Source of the DNA: Heptranchias perlo
Lineage: Eukaryota
Reading direction: 5' to 3'
DNA: 64,000 bases
Assembly (NCBI RefSeq): GCF_035084215.1
Contig: NC_090331.1
Location: 72,044,001-72,108,000 of the forward strand
Shown here: piece after piece, positions 37,720-50,199 of the stretch
Numbering within the stretch: the first letter of the stretch is position 1
How the letters are laid out: each line of letters opens with the position of its first letter
The notes under the pieces: model-generated
Told to the model about the DNA's origin: nothing
Seen by the model: the letters and a program-made list of their open reading frames with translations, nothing else
Database searches by the model: none
Position numbers and translations under genes: made by a program

Positions 37720-39608
37720 ATGGGAAAGGTATTCACTGATCGATATTGTGATGTTATTTTATTACAGCTTTGCAAAAATGTTACCTGAAATAATTATTTT
37801 TCTTTAGATCTTTTTTTACGAGGACAGGAACTTCCAGGGTCGGCACTACGAGTGCAATACTGACTGTGATGACCTGTCCTCTTACTTCAGTCGCTGCAAC
37901 TCCATCCGTGTTGAGAGTGACTGGTGGGTGCTGTATGAGAAACCCAATTACATGGGATACCAGTATGTTCTGAGCAGAGGAGAATATCCTGACTACCAGC
38001 GCTGGATGGGATACAATGACAACATCAGGTCATGTCGCACCTACCCATACGTAAGTTTTAAACTTGTTTTATTTATTCTGTTTGTATTGTACCTTCTAAC
38101 ACTGATGACACTATTAATCATTTAACTAAACACAACAGGTTGTTAACATTCACAATATACAACACACGGAGACATTACTTTCAAGTTAACTCTTCACTCC
38201 ACTAAACAAATTTTACAGCATCTCAATCACTCACTTCTGGAGAAAGGTGAAAAGCTGCTTCCATGTCTCATTGAGGAATATTAAACACTAATTTCCTCAC
38301 ACAATGGAAAGTGAAAAGGGGCTGAAGTCTCATGAGACCAGATTTCCACCTTCCTTTACGTTGCCCAGGGATTCATGTGGATCAACCGAGGGGATGGACA
38401 CCTGTGGAAAAGAGGTGGGGATCCTGATTGGAGCTTCCGGCCTCATTTTCTTCCACTTTGTCTGCAGGAGTGCTCAAGCGCGAGGACACCCAGAAGAAGT
38501 TGTTATCTCTTGGGTCTAACCCTTCTCAGATAGGAGGATTTGAGTGGGTCAGGCAGCTGGGCCAAGGTGGTCTAAACAGTTCAGTGGGAGTTTTTGTCCC
38601 ATTCGTGATTGGAACCTTGGGTCTGGATAGCCGAGACACGAGGCTCCACACACATTGAAATTATTGCAGCTGCAGGCCTCTCAGCTCTTCGTCAATGGCT
38701 GGAATTCCACTCCTGATTTTGGGGCCATTGGTCACTGCCAAGGGGTGGGCTTATAGCTCCGAACATTGGGACAATGTTGCTGCCTGAATCCAGGCATGTT
38801 TACAACATGTCAGGTGGTCTGTACGTTGAGTGCGCTGCGCCTGTCCTGCACCCAGGTGTTGGTGGTGGGAGGGAGGGCATACTCCCAAACCACGTTTGTA
38901 ATGTACTTCAATAAATATAAATTACAATTAATGTTTGATTTCCATTTAAACTAATTACACAACAGGAATCTTATCAAGATTGAGTGGAATATTCAATAAT
39001 TCAAGTCGTGACAACGATTTCAATAATCGTTGATGAATTCATCACTCAGGACAATTTGATGATCTTTATCACAGAATAATAAACTGTACATTCCAAAATA
39101 TTTCACTGCCATTTTGGATCAATTAGTAATTGAAAATATTCTGAAAAACAATTGTAGCCGTAAATAACCTGTAGGCATCTGTCTATTTATATAACCGTGA
39201 CTAAATACAAAGCTTGTTGTCCATTTTGTTGCTGCAGAAATTTCCTGACAACTTCTGCTTTGTAAACTGTGCAGTGATAAAATCATTCAAAAAGGGAAGA
39301 AATTTACTGACATGATTCTCTTGCCATTCCAGTCCAGCAGTAACTCCTACAGAATGAAGATTTACGAGAGGCCTGACTTTGGAGGACAGATGATGGAATT
39401 CATGGATGACTGTCCATCTGTCAACGATTGTTTCCGCTCCCGTGACATTCACTCCTGCCACGTGATGGACGGTTACTGGACCTTCTATGAATATCCCAAC
39501 TACATGGGAAGGCAGTACTTCATGAGACCTGGTGAATACAAGCGGTTTGGTGACTGGGGCGGCAGTTGTCCATCTGTTGGTTCCTTCCGTCGTATGATGC
39601 ATTTCTAA
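37720..39608 (+). CDS. CRYG: Gamma-crystallin copy 5, join(37720..37728,37808..38050,39333..39608), 175 aa
   Basis: MGK|[23 protein letters not shown]...TYPY|SSSNSY...[11 protein letters not shown]...MMHF*. Intact. Confidence 0.94.
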
Positions 39609-41224
39609 AATTCCACGGTGCTGACTTGATTCCTTCTAAGAAGTGGTTAAATCAAACCGCAATTAATCAATAAATGAGATTTTATTGAATCCGAGCCTCA
39701 TTTTGATCTTTATTTGCTGGTTCTGTTGTAGATACCGTAATTATAGGATATTTACAAACAATTATCTGGTCTTCATTGGCAGCATGAGTTTGCACCATGG
39801 CCGTATTGGCCAGCGGGGAAAATTAAATCCATGTTCCCTGTGATTTACATATATCTCACCTTGCTGATAGTGACAGAGCTTGGTGTTGTGACTTAACATT
39901 TATCCACCAATGAGGCAACAGTGAGAGAAACAGCTTTTCCAAACCTCCCGGTAGGAAGCTTCAAAGGCCGGATTGTAGGCCTCAGGATCCACATGTGGCC
40001 CAGGGGCTGCAGTTTGGACACCCCGATTTACAATCCCGAATCAAATTCAGAAAATAGTCACAGTATAAAATAATACCTCACCGATAATTAATCATTCTTT
40101 TTAAAATATCACAAAATTCTTACAGTAAAACAAAAGTGAAAGAAATATATAACCAGTGACCCTGAATGTATATTCATACTAGAGTTCACAAATACTGAGG
40201 GCAAAAACATATCCTTTTTGCTCAAATGATAAGGTGACATAAAGGACATTTCGGGGCCAATGACCGTGCTGTGCAAAGACTCTGCTGACAATATCCTCTC
40301 CCGCTCTCTCTGAAAGTCTCTACACTCCACTTGTGCACTTCTTCTGATGTTAAAGATCAGACCTGTCACTCATCATATGGGAACTGCAGGTACTAACCCA
40401 TATTCAAGCACAATGCATCCAACAAACAGGGCCCATATCTTGCAGTTCTTTCACTTACTTGTTTTTCTTTATCTCCTCTCTTGTACTCTATTCGATTCAT
40501 TTGTTCCCTTTATGATTTTTCCTTTTCATTCTCTCTTTCTGTCTCTGTTTCTCTCCACCTGTTTCACCTTCACTCATCCTCTTCCCGAATATGTTTTACA
40601 CGCTTGTGTCTGTTGTTCCTCTGTGACCGTTCTTGATGGACTCTGAAATACCATCATTCTAGCATTCTGTGCCAAAACTCCTAATCCAGTGGTGGAGTTT
40701 CTAAGAACACATTACTAATGAGGAAATAGAACCAGTGGCAATGATAAAATTCATGCCTCCCTCAGACAGCAATAAACAACTGGCCTTTTGATGAGAAATG
40801 AAAACCTTCCTTATTTTAATTCTTCAAAGCCACATGTTCATTCCTCTTGTAGGTCCAACCAACAATTACCACCGCTTGTGTTTCACGAATGTTCCTTTGT
40901 CGACATTATCTCACGCCTCAGTATTGCCTCTGGTAATCCTATATAACGACTGATTTTAAAGTTGTTTCCAAGAAGCCCAGTTTTATTTTGAATCTCGAGC
41001 ACTTCTTTTCTTTTCAATAACTGTTTCTGAATCCAAATTGGATCTAAAGTTGCTTGATAGTCAGCATATCTCTCATCTCAAGCCTCCAGCCTCAATCGAT
41101 TTCAACATTGCAATCCCTTTTGTCACTGTGCTTTATCAGAGGAGCATAGGAGTGTACAGGACTAGAAAGGACAATTGCAGTCCATCTGGCCAGAACCAGT
41201 GTCTACAAAATATCATATCCCACG

Positions 41225-43378
41225 ATCAGCAGCAAAGGCGATTGGTTTTAATGGAGGATTTTAAATTTCTTTTTCACTGGTGAAAGGAGACCAGGTCATG
41301 TCAGAAAGGTGGTGAATTACTTGAGTGTGTTCAGGGCAGCTTTCTGCAACAATACATCCTGGAACCAACAATAGGGCAGGCCATATTAGATTTAAAAATG
41401 AGCAATTAGCCAGATTTAGTTAACAGCCGAACAGTGAGTGAACAATTATCTCATAGTGATCATAATATGATCAAGTTCAATGTTTTGTTTGAAAGGGAGA
41501 AACCCGTAACAACTATTAAGGTTCTGATGTTAGGTAGGACCGACTTCAACGGGATGTGTCAGAATCTGTCCACACAATACTGGGCAAATCAGCTGAAGGG
41601 TAAAATAAAGTGGGTGATTTACAAAAAAGAATTTAACATGTTTATACCCCTAAGGGGCAAGAACTCTATTTGCCAAAACACACAGCCATGGACGACAAAA
41701 GAGGTAAGGGACAACATAAAATTAAAGATAAAGCAGACAAAAATGGAAAAAATAGCACAGTTCCTGGTGATTGCTTGAGATACAAAGAACAGCAAAGGGT
41801 GACAAAACAGATAGTAAGAGCTACAAAAAGGGAGTATGAAAAGAAACTTGCAAGGGATATCAAAATCAACACAAAAAGTTTTCATAATTATATTAGGAAA
41901 CAAAGGGTGGTCCAGAGCAATGTGGGCCCTGTAAATACTGATAATGGTGATATTGTAAATGAAAATAAGGAAATGGTGGACATGTTGAATAATTACTTTG
42001 TGTCAGTATTTACAGTAGAGGAAGAGGATAACACACTGAACATTCCAAGGAAACTAATTTTGATTCAGGGATAGTGACACTCCATAATTAACGTAAGCAA
42101 ATTAACAGTAATGAAGAAAATAATGGCACTAAAGAGTGACAAATCCCCAGGACCAGATGGTTTCCTTTCTCGGGATTCAGAAGAAATAGGTGAGAACATT
42201 GCAGAAGCCCTAACTATAATCTTCAAAAGTTCGTTCAATTCAGGAACAGTTCCATTAGATTGGAAAATTCCACATGTCACTCCGTTATATAAGAAAGGTG
42301 AGAGAGGGGAAACCAGGGAATTATAGACCATTTCGCCTAATATCTGTTGTCGGGAAATTATTAGAGTCAATGATTAAGGATAGAGCGACTGAACACCTTG
42401 AAAATTTTCAGCTGATCAGAGAGAGCCAGCATGAATTTGTAAAGGGTAGGTCATGCCTGACAAACCTGATTGAATTTTTTGAAGAGGTGACTAAAGTAGA
42501 GGTCAGGGGAATGTCTATGGATGTTGTTTACATGGACTTTGAGAAGACATTTGATAAACATCATCATAAGTGACTGTTAGCTAAAGCTGAAGCTCATGGA
42601 ATTGTACGTAAATTATTGACCTGGTTAGGAAATAGGCTGAGCGGCAGGAGACAGAGAGTAGGGATAATGGGCAGGTACTCAAATTGGCAAGATGTGACTG
42701 GTGGTGTCCTGTGGGGATCTGTTTGGGCACTCAACTATTCACTGTATTTCTTAATGACTTTAATGACGGGAAAGAGAGCCACATATCCAAGTTTGCCAAT
42801 GACACAAAGATAAGCAGCATTGTAAGCAGTGCAGATGGGAGCATAAAATTACAGAGAGAGATATTAATAGATCAAGTGAATAGGCAAAACTGTGGCAAAT
42901 GGATTTCACTGTAGGCAAGTGTGAGGTCATCCACTTTGGACCAAGAAAGGATAGATCAGAGTACTTTCTAAATGGTGAAAGCTCAAACAGTGGAGGTCCA
43001 AAGAGACTAAGGGGATCATGTACATAGTTGATTAAAATATTTTGGACAGGTGCAGAAAATAATCAAATAGTCGAATGGATTGCTGGCCTTTATATCTAAA
43101 GGACTGGAATACAAGGGGGTCAAAGTTATGCTACACAAAGCCTGAGTTAGACCACACCTGGAGTACTGTGTTCAGTTCTAGGCACCGCACCTTCGGAGGG
43201 ATATATTGGCCTTGGAGGGAGTGCAGCGTAGATTTACTAGAATGATACCTGGACTCCAAGGGTTAAATTACGAGGACAGATTACACAAACTAGGGTCGTA
43301 TTCCCTGGAATTTAGAAGATTAAGGGGCGATTTGATCAATGTTTTCAAGGTGCTAAGGGGAACTGATATGATAGATAA
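41225..43378 (+). mobile_element. CR1 LINE copy (unit 5 spacer), 3' end deleted
   Basis: Collinear CR1; a ~490-bp deletion at ~43378 removes the tail. Confidence 0.9.
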
Positions 43379-45006
43379 GTTTCGGGCTCTGCCCCTTGTT
43401 CCAGAATCTGTGTTATCTTTCACATTTTCCCAGCAATCCTCATCTTGTCTACTTATGATTCTCCTGACAAGTTTCCTATTCGCCCTATTCTTATACTCAT
43501 CCCTGTCCTCTGATCTTCTCACGGCTTTAAAGATTAGAGAATCTCATTGGTCCTCCTTATCCTTGGCAGTACTTGCCTTGTTCCCCACAACAGCCTCCTT
43601 ATTTCTTTAGTGCATTTTTTACAATTGCTACATAGGTCTTTTTTATTGACAATAATGTATTCCTGAAAGTGTTCCACTTTTCTTCTGTAATCCTCCCTTC
43701 TAAAATATTATCAATACCACAATGTTCATTGCTCCTCAGAACTTTGCTCTCTTGTTCATCCCAAGATCCTGTTTTGCTCTCCATCAATCCTATCATCCTT
43801 TTAAACCCTCAAATTATTCTCATCTACTCTTTCAATCCCACACGGGGCCTCGGATAATCATCTTATCTGAAAGTTGCCAACTCTGATAGTGCGGTAACAC
43901 CTCAGCACTGCACTGAATTATCAATCTAGATGATGTGCTCAGGTCATAGAGTGAGACTTGAGCTCACAACCTTCTCGTCAATACTTTCATTGGCTCATTG
44001 AATAGAACGTTCACATCATGGAAGTGACCTGTGGGTAATTTTCCTTCCTTCCAGAGATGAAGGCCTGGAAATTCCTGGGTCAATCGTCTGGTAACGTAAG
44101 TGCAGCAGAGCAGAACCCTAGCCTGGCCTTGCCCAAGGCCAGAAAACCCATCCATTGTTCCGGGGACATTTGCAACGCCGGGGAAAGTCTTCACCACCTG
44201 CAAGGGTGTATCAACAGTGGCCACCCTGGCTTGATATCATAGCCCTGGTAAGGTAGAGCAGAGTGCCCTGGTGGCCCTTTTGGGATGAAGTCTATGGCTT
44301 CTCCTGGTGCCAATCTGACTCGAAAAGGAAATCGATGTACTTTAGGATTGATTACCTTACTATAGCGAAGGTTTGGGACTCTTAGAATTCCTCAAATGGA
44401 TTCGCACCAAGTTTCAACTGGCATGAGATCCACTGAGTCCTTTCAATGAGTGAAAAGGAACCATTTCTCAGGAAAGCCTGGGACATCTCCCCTGACCTGC
44501 CCCCTTGATGTAGGAGGGGACAGGCAGGAGATGTTTCTATGGTCCCACTGACCATAATTTAAAGGTCCTGTCAAATGAGGTGGACTCCCGGTTCAGCTGG
44601 GATCAAACCTATCATTCAGTTTTCTCCCGCACATAAATAAAACTTAGGCCCCTCACCATCCCCAGGAAATTAGGGGCCAAATGGCCTTGCAATTATACTC
44701 TTGATTTAGTGTATAAACGCTTACTGCATTGTCGAATAATCCTTTTCTACTTTTTAATGGTGGCATTAAACCTGTTATTTTAACTGGATCAACATTTGTT
44801 TTAAAATAACTCATAAAGGAACTTCACACAAATCTGCTAAGTGTTTATACAAATATCATATACCAAGATTTCAAACATTGTTTGAAAACACAGATCCCAT
44901 TCAATAACTGTACATGTGTCTGATCCTTCCACTCACTACAATAAGGATGTTGGACACTGCAAAGATACCAATAACACAGTGTGGAAATGCAATGAACTTA
45001 GACCTT

Positions 45007-45164
45007 TACAACAAAAGATGGAAGGTGTCCGGGATAATTTTGCTTACATAGGGTCTACAGTGATTTCATTAACAATGTGTTTTGCTATTTTGCTCTTTCA
45101 GGCAATGTATAAATAGCCCAGCTCCACTGATCCTCATCACAGTCAGTGAAACACTCAGAGCAAA
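45007..45164 (+). promoter_or_regulatory. Copy 6 proximal promoter
   Basis: Same motif set; TATAAATA at 45108-45115. Confidence 0.8.
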
Positions 45165-47050
45165 ATGGGAAAGGTATTTACTGATCAATATTGTGATGTT
45201 ATTTTATTGCAGCTTTGCAGAAATGTTACCTGAAATAATTATTTTTCTTTAGATCTTTTTTTACGAGGACAGGAACTTCCAGGGTCGGCACTACGAGTGC
45301 AATACTGACTGTGCTGACCTGTCCTCTTACTTCAGTCGCTGCAACTCCATCCGTGTTGAGAGTGACTGGTGGGTGCTGTATGAGAGACCCAATTACATGG
45401 GATATCAGTATGTTCTGAGCAGTGGAGAATATCCTGACTACCAGCGCTGGATGGGATACAATGACAACATCAGGTCATGTCGCACCTACCCATACGTAAG
45501 TTTTAAACTTTTTCTATTTATTCTGTTTGTATTGTACCTTCTAACACCGATGACACTATTAATTATTTGACGAAACACAACAGGTTGTTAACATTCCCAA
45601 CATACAACACACGGAGACATTCCTTTCAAGTTAACTCTTCACTCCGCTAAATACATTTTCAGCATCTCAATCACTCACTTCTGGAGAAAGGTGAAAAGCT
45701 GCTTCCATGTCTCATTGAGGAATATGAAACACTTATTTCCTCACACAATGGAAAGTGAAAAGGGGCTGAAGTCTCATGAGGCCAGATTTCCACCTCCTTT
45801 ACGTTGCCCAGGGATTCCTGTGGATCAACCGAGGGGATGGACACCTGTAGAAATGAGGTGGGGATCCTGATTGGAGCTTTCGGCCTCGTTTTCTTCCACT
45901 TTGTCTGCAGGAGTGCTCAAGCGTGAGGACACCCAGAAGAAGTTGTTATCTCTTGGGTCTAACCCTTCTCAGATAGGAGGATTTGAGTGGGTCAGGCAGC
46001 TGGGCCAAGGAGTTCTAAACAGTGCAATGGGGGTTTTTGTCCTATTCGCTGTTGGAACCTTGGGCCTGGATGGCCGAGACACGAGGCTCCACACACATTG
46101 GAATTATTGCAGCTGCAGGCCTCTCAGCTCTGCATTAATGTCTGGAACTCCATTCCTGATTTTGGGGCCATTGGCCTCTGCCAAGGGGTGGGATTATAGC
46201 TCCGAACATTGGGACAATGTTAATGCCTGAATCCAGGCATGTTTACAGCATGTCAGGTGGACTGTACATTGAGTGCGCTGCGCCTGACCTGCACCCAGGT
46301 GTTGGTGGTGGGAGGGAGGGCATACTCCCAAACCACGTTTGTAATATACTTCGATAAATATAAATTACAATTAATTTTTGATTTCCATTTAAACTGATTA
46401 CACAACAGGAATTTTAACAAGATTGAGTGGAATATTCAATAATTCAAGTCTTGACAACGATTTCAATAATCGTTGTTGAATTCATCACTCAGGACAATTT
46501 GATGATCTTTATCACAGAATAATAAACTGTGCATTCCAAAATATTTCACTGCCATTGTGGATCAATTAGTAATTGAAAATATTCTGAAAAACAATTGTAG
46601 TGGTAAATAACCTGTAGGCATCTGACTATTTATATAACCGTGACTAAATACAAAGTTTGTTGTCCATTTTGTTGCTGCAGAAATTTCCTTAAATTTCTGC
46701 TTTGTAAACTGTGCAGTAATAAAATCATTAAAAGAGGGAAGAAATTTACTGACATGATTCTCTTGCCATTCCAGTCCAGCAGTAACTCCTACAGAATGAA
46801 GATTTACGAGAGGCCTGACTTTGGAGGACAGATGATGGAATTCATGGATGACTGTCCATCTGTCTACGATCGTTTCCGCTCCCGTGACATTCACTCCTGC
46901 CATGTGATGGACGGTTACTGGACCTTCTATGAATATCCCAACTACATGGGAAGGCAGTACTTCATGAGACCCGGTGAATACAAGCGGTTTGGTGACTGGG
47001 GCGGCAGTTGTCCATCTGTTGGTTCCTTCCGTCGTATGATGCATTACTAA
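45165..47050 (+). CDS. CRYG: Gamma-crystallin copy 6, join(45165..45173,45253..45495,46775..47050), 175 aa
   Basis: MGK|[23 protein letters not shown]...VLSSGEYP...TYPY|SSSNSY...MMHY*. Intact. Confidence 0.95.
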
Positions 47051-48153
47051 TATTCCACTGTGCTGACTTGATTCCTTCTAAGAAGTGTTTAAATCAACTG
47101 CAATTAATCAATAAATGAGATTTTATTGAGTCCGAGCCTCATTTTGATCTTTATTTGCTGGTTCTGTTGTAGATACCGTAATTATAGGATATTTACAAAC
47201 AATTACCTGGTCTTCATTGGCAGCATGGGTTTGCACCATGGCCGTATTGGCCAGCGGGGAAAATTAAATCCATGTTCCCAGTGATTTACATATATCTCAC
47301 CTTGCTGATAGTGACAGAGCTTGGTGTTGTGACTTAACATTTATCCACCAATGAGGCACCAGTGAGAGAAACAGCTTTTCCAAACCTCCCGGTAGGAAGC
47401 TTCAAAGGCCGGATTGTAGGCCTCAGGATCCACACGTGGCTCAGGGGCTGCAGTTTGGACACCCCGATTTACAATCTCAAATCAAATTCAGAAAATAGTC
47501 ACAGTATAAAATATTACCTCACCTATAATTAACCATTCTTTTTAAAATATCATGCAATTATGAGATTAAAAAAAACTGAAAGAAATATATAACCAGTGAC
47601 CCTGAATGTATATTCATACTAGAGTTCACAAATACTGAGGGCAAAAACATATCCTTTTTGCTCAAATGATAAGGTGACATAAAGGATATTTCGGGGCCAA
47701 TGACCGTGATGTGCAATGACTCTGCTGACAATATCCTCTCCCTCTCTCTCTGAAAGTCTCTGCACTCCACTTGTGCACTTCTTCTGATGTTAAAGATCGG
47801 ACCTGTCACTCATCATATGGGAACTGCAGGTACTAACCCATATTCAAGCACAATGCATCCAACAACTATATCTTGCAGTTCTTTCACTTACTTGTTTTTC
47901 TTTATCTCCTCCCTTGTACTCTATTCGATTCATTTGTTCCCTTTGTGATTCTTTCTTTTCATTCTCTCTTTCTGTCTCTGTTTCTCTCCATCTGTTTCAC
48001 CTTCACTCCATCCTCTTCCCGAATATGTTTTACACGCTTGTGTCTGTTGTTTCTGTGTGACCGTTCTTGATGGACTCTGAAATACCATCATTCTAGCATT
48101 CTGTGCCAAAACTCCTAATCCAGTGGTGGAGTTTCTGAGAACACATTACTAAT

Positions 48154-48402
48154 TTTTTTTATTCCTTCATGGGACTTGGTCATCGCTGGCAAGGCCAGCA
48201 TTTATTGCCCATCCCTAATTCCCCTTGGGAAGGTGGTGGTGAGCTGCTACAGTCCGTGTGTTGAAGGTTCTCCCACAGTGCTGTTAGGCATGGAGTTCCA
48301 GGATTTTGACCCAGTGACGATAATGGAACGGCGATATATTTCCAAGTCGGGATGGTGTGTGATTTATGGTGGAACTTGCAGGTGGTGTTGTTCCCATGTG
48401 CC
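48154..48402 (-). mobile_element. Short 3' fragment of the 4846/55031 LINE family
   Basis: T-tract followed by the reverse complement of the ~6150-6400 region. Inserted in CATTACTAATGAGG. Confidence 0.8.
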
Positions 48403-48657
48403 ATGAGGAAATAGAACCAGTGGCAATGATAAAATTCAAGAGTGCCTCCCTCAGAGAACAATAAACAACTGGCCTTTTGATGAGTAATGAAAACCTTCTT
48501 TATTTTAATTCTTCAAAGCCAAAGCTTCATTCCTCTTGTAGGTCCGACCAACAACTACCACCGCTTGTGTTTCATGAATGTTTCTTTGTCTGCATCATCT
48601 CATGTCTCAGTATTGCTCTGGTAATCCCATATAACGACTGATTTGTTTCCAAGAAGC

Positions 48658-49949
48658 TGAAGGGTTCTCTAAATTCCCACATATTTCATATCATTAACAA
48701 GGATATGACTTTTGGACTTTTATGGCAGAGGACCCAACTGCTGGGTTAAATGTGGAACCCTGCAGACAGGAGGCTAGGCCCATGAGGGCCTGGGACTGGA
48801 CATGCCTGGGCTTGTTGGGTGCAGTGTGGATTGTTGCCTGAAACCAGACAACAAGAAGAGACAGAATATGCATTCTTCCCTTTAAAACAATCAACCCAGA
48901 GAAAGACTTCATCTTACACGAAACTAAAGCCCATCAAAACCTTGCATAAATAATCACTACTAACTACTAAGGCAGGAAGGCAACAATGGAGCAATTATGC
49001 GAGCCCATCAAGACTTCACATATATAATGGCTTTCAGTTCAAGACTAGTTACGGGGGCAGGAACGCAACAATAAACATTATGCAAGCCCAATAAAAACAA
49101 CGAGACAACAATCACCTGAAGAACCCCACCAAAATCAGACAAAGAACTAAACTTGATTTGGCGCTCAGATGAGAAATTCGAAAAACAGCATAACTGGGCC
49201 ACCATTTACGAAGGGGCAGTTTGAACAGTTTTGAGCAGGTTTTAAGCAGCGGTTGTAAGCAGGTTTTAAGCAGTTTGAAGCAGAGTTTAAGCAGGGAGAG
49301 ATAGCTGAGCCAAGCAGACGAAGGAGATCCGGAGGTTCGCAGGCCCGCAGGCAACATCACGGCGAGGGGCACGGTGTGGCATGCTCAACCGAAGACAACA
49401 AGGCAGCAACCGCAGCTCTCCACGAAGATCGACCACACACAACCGCACCTTACCGCATCAGCGGACTCCACCCAACTGAAGAACCTTCGCAGATTCCCCA
49501 GACCAGAACCACGTGGGGACGGCAGGCCCCAAAGGACACAAAGAGTGTACCCCAAAACTGCAACAGGCTTACCTGGCTGGATTTCAAACTGTCAAGGGTC
49601 CCCTAGTTGGTGAGCATGATCTCTGACCTCTCCTAGTTCAATTTAGTTAGGTTTTGGGGGTGGGACAAGGGTAAGGGTATTGGTAACGTGATTTTCCCTT
49701 GTTATGACGTGTTTTCCCCATTCTTAACTTAGTGTACTTTTGTAGGTCTGTATAAACTCAGTGTAATCCTAATGTTATAACTTCATTTGTTACTGCAATA
49801 AACCCAGTTTTTCTTGTACCAAAACCAGTTGCCTGCTGCACTTTGTCACAACCCCCAAATAAGTCCAAGGTCTCGAACCCAGGGAGTGGGAGCGATTCGG
49901 ACCGCTCAGAATTCAGAGGTGAAGCTGACACACACCACCACCCCCTACA
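48658..49949 (+). mobile_element. Solo LTR B (1292 bp)
   Basis: TG...CA ends, perfect 4-bp TSD AAGC, TATATAA at 49021 and AATAAA at 49797. The empty site AAGAAGCCCAGTTT is present in other units. Confidence 0.85.
49217..49294 (+). repeat. Degenerate ~11-bp tandem repeat (CAGGTTTTAAG-like, ~7 units) inside LTR B
   Basis: cagtttgaa cagttttgag caggttttaag cagcggttgtaag caggttttaag cagtttgaag cagagtttaag cag. Confidence 0.75.
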
Positions 49950-50199
49950 AAGCCCAGTTTTCATTTTCATCTCAAGCACTTCTTTTCTTTTCAATAACTG
50001 TTTCTGAATCCAAACTGGATCTAAAGTTGTTTGATAGTCAACATATCTCTCATCTCCAGCCTCCAGCCTCAATCTACTTCAACATTCAATCCTTTTTGTC
50101 ACTGTGCTTTATCAGAGAAACATAGAAATGTGCAGCCCCAGAAAAGACGATTGCAGTCCACCTGACCAGAACCAGTGTCTAGAAAATATCATATCCCAC

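Noticed and set aside
49217-49294. Short repeats considered as a CRISPR-like array
   Set aside because: Eukaryotic context, ~11-bp degenerate units, no unique spacers and no cas genes.
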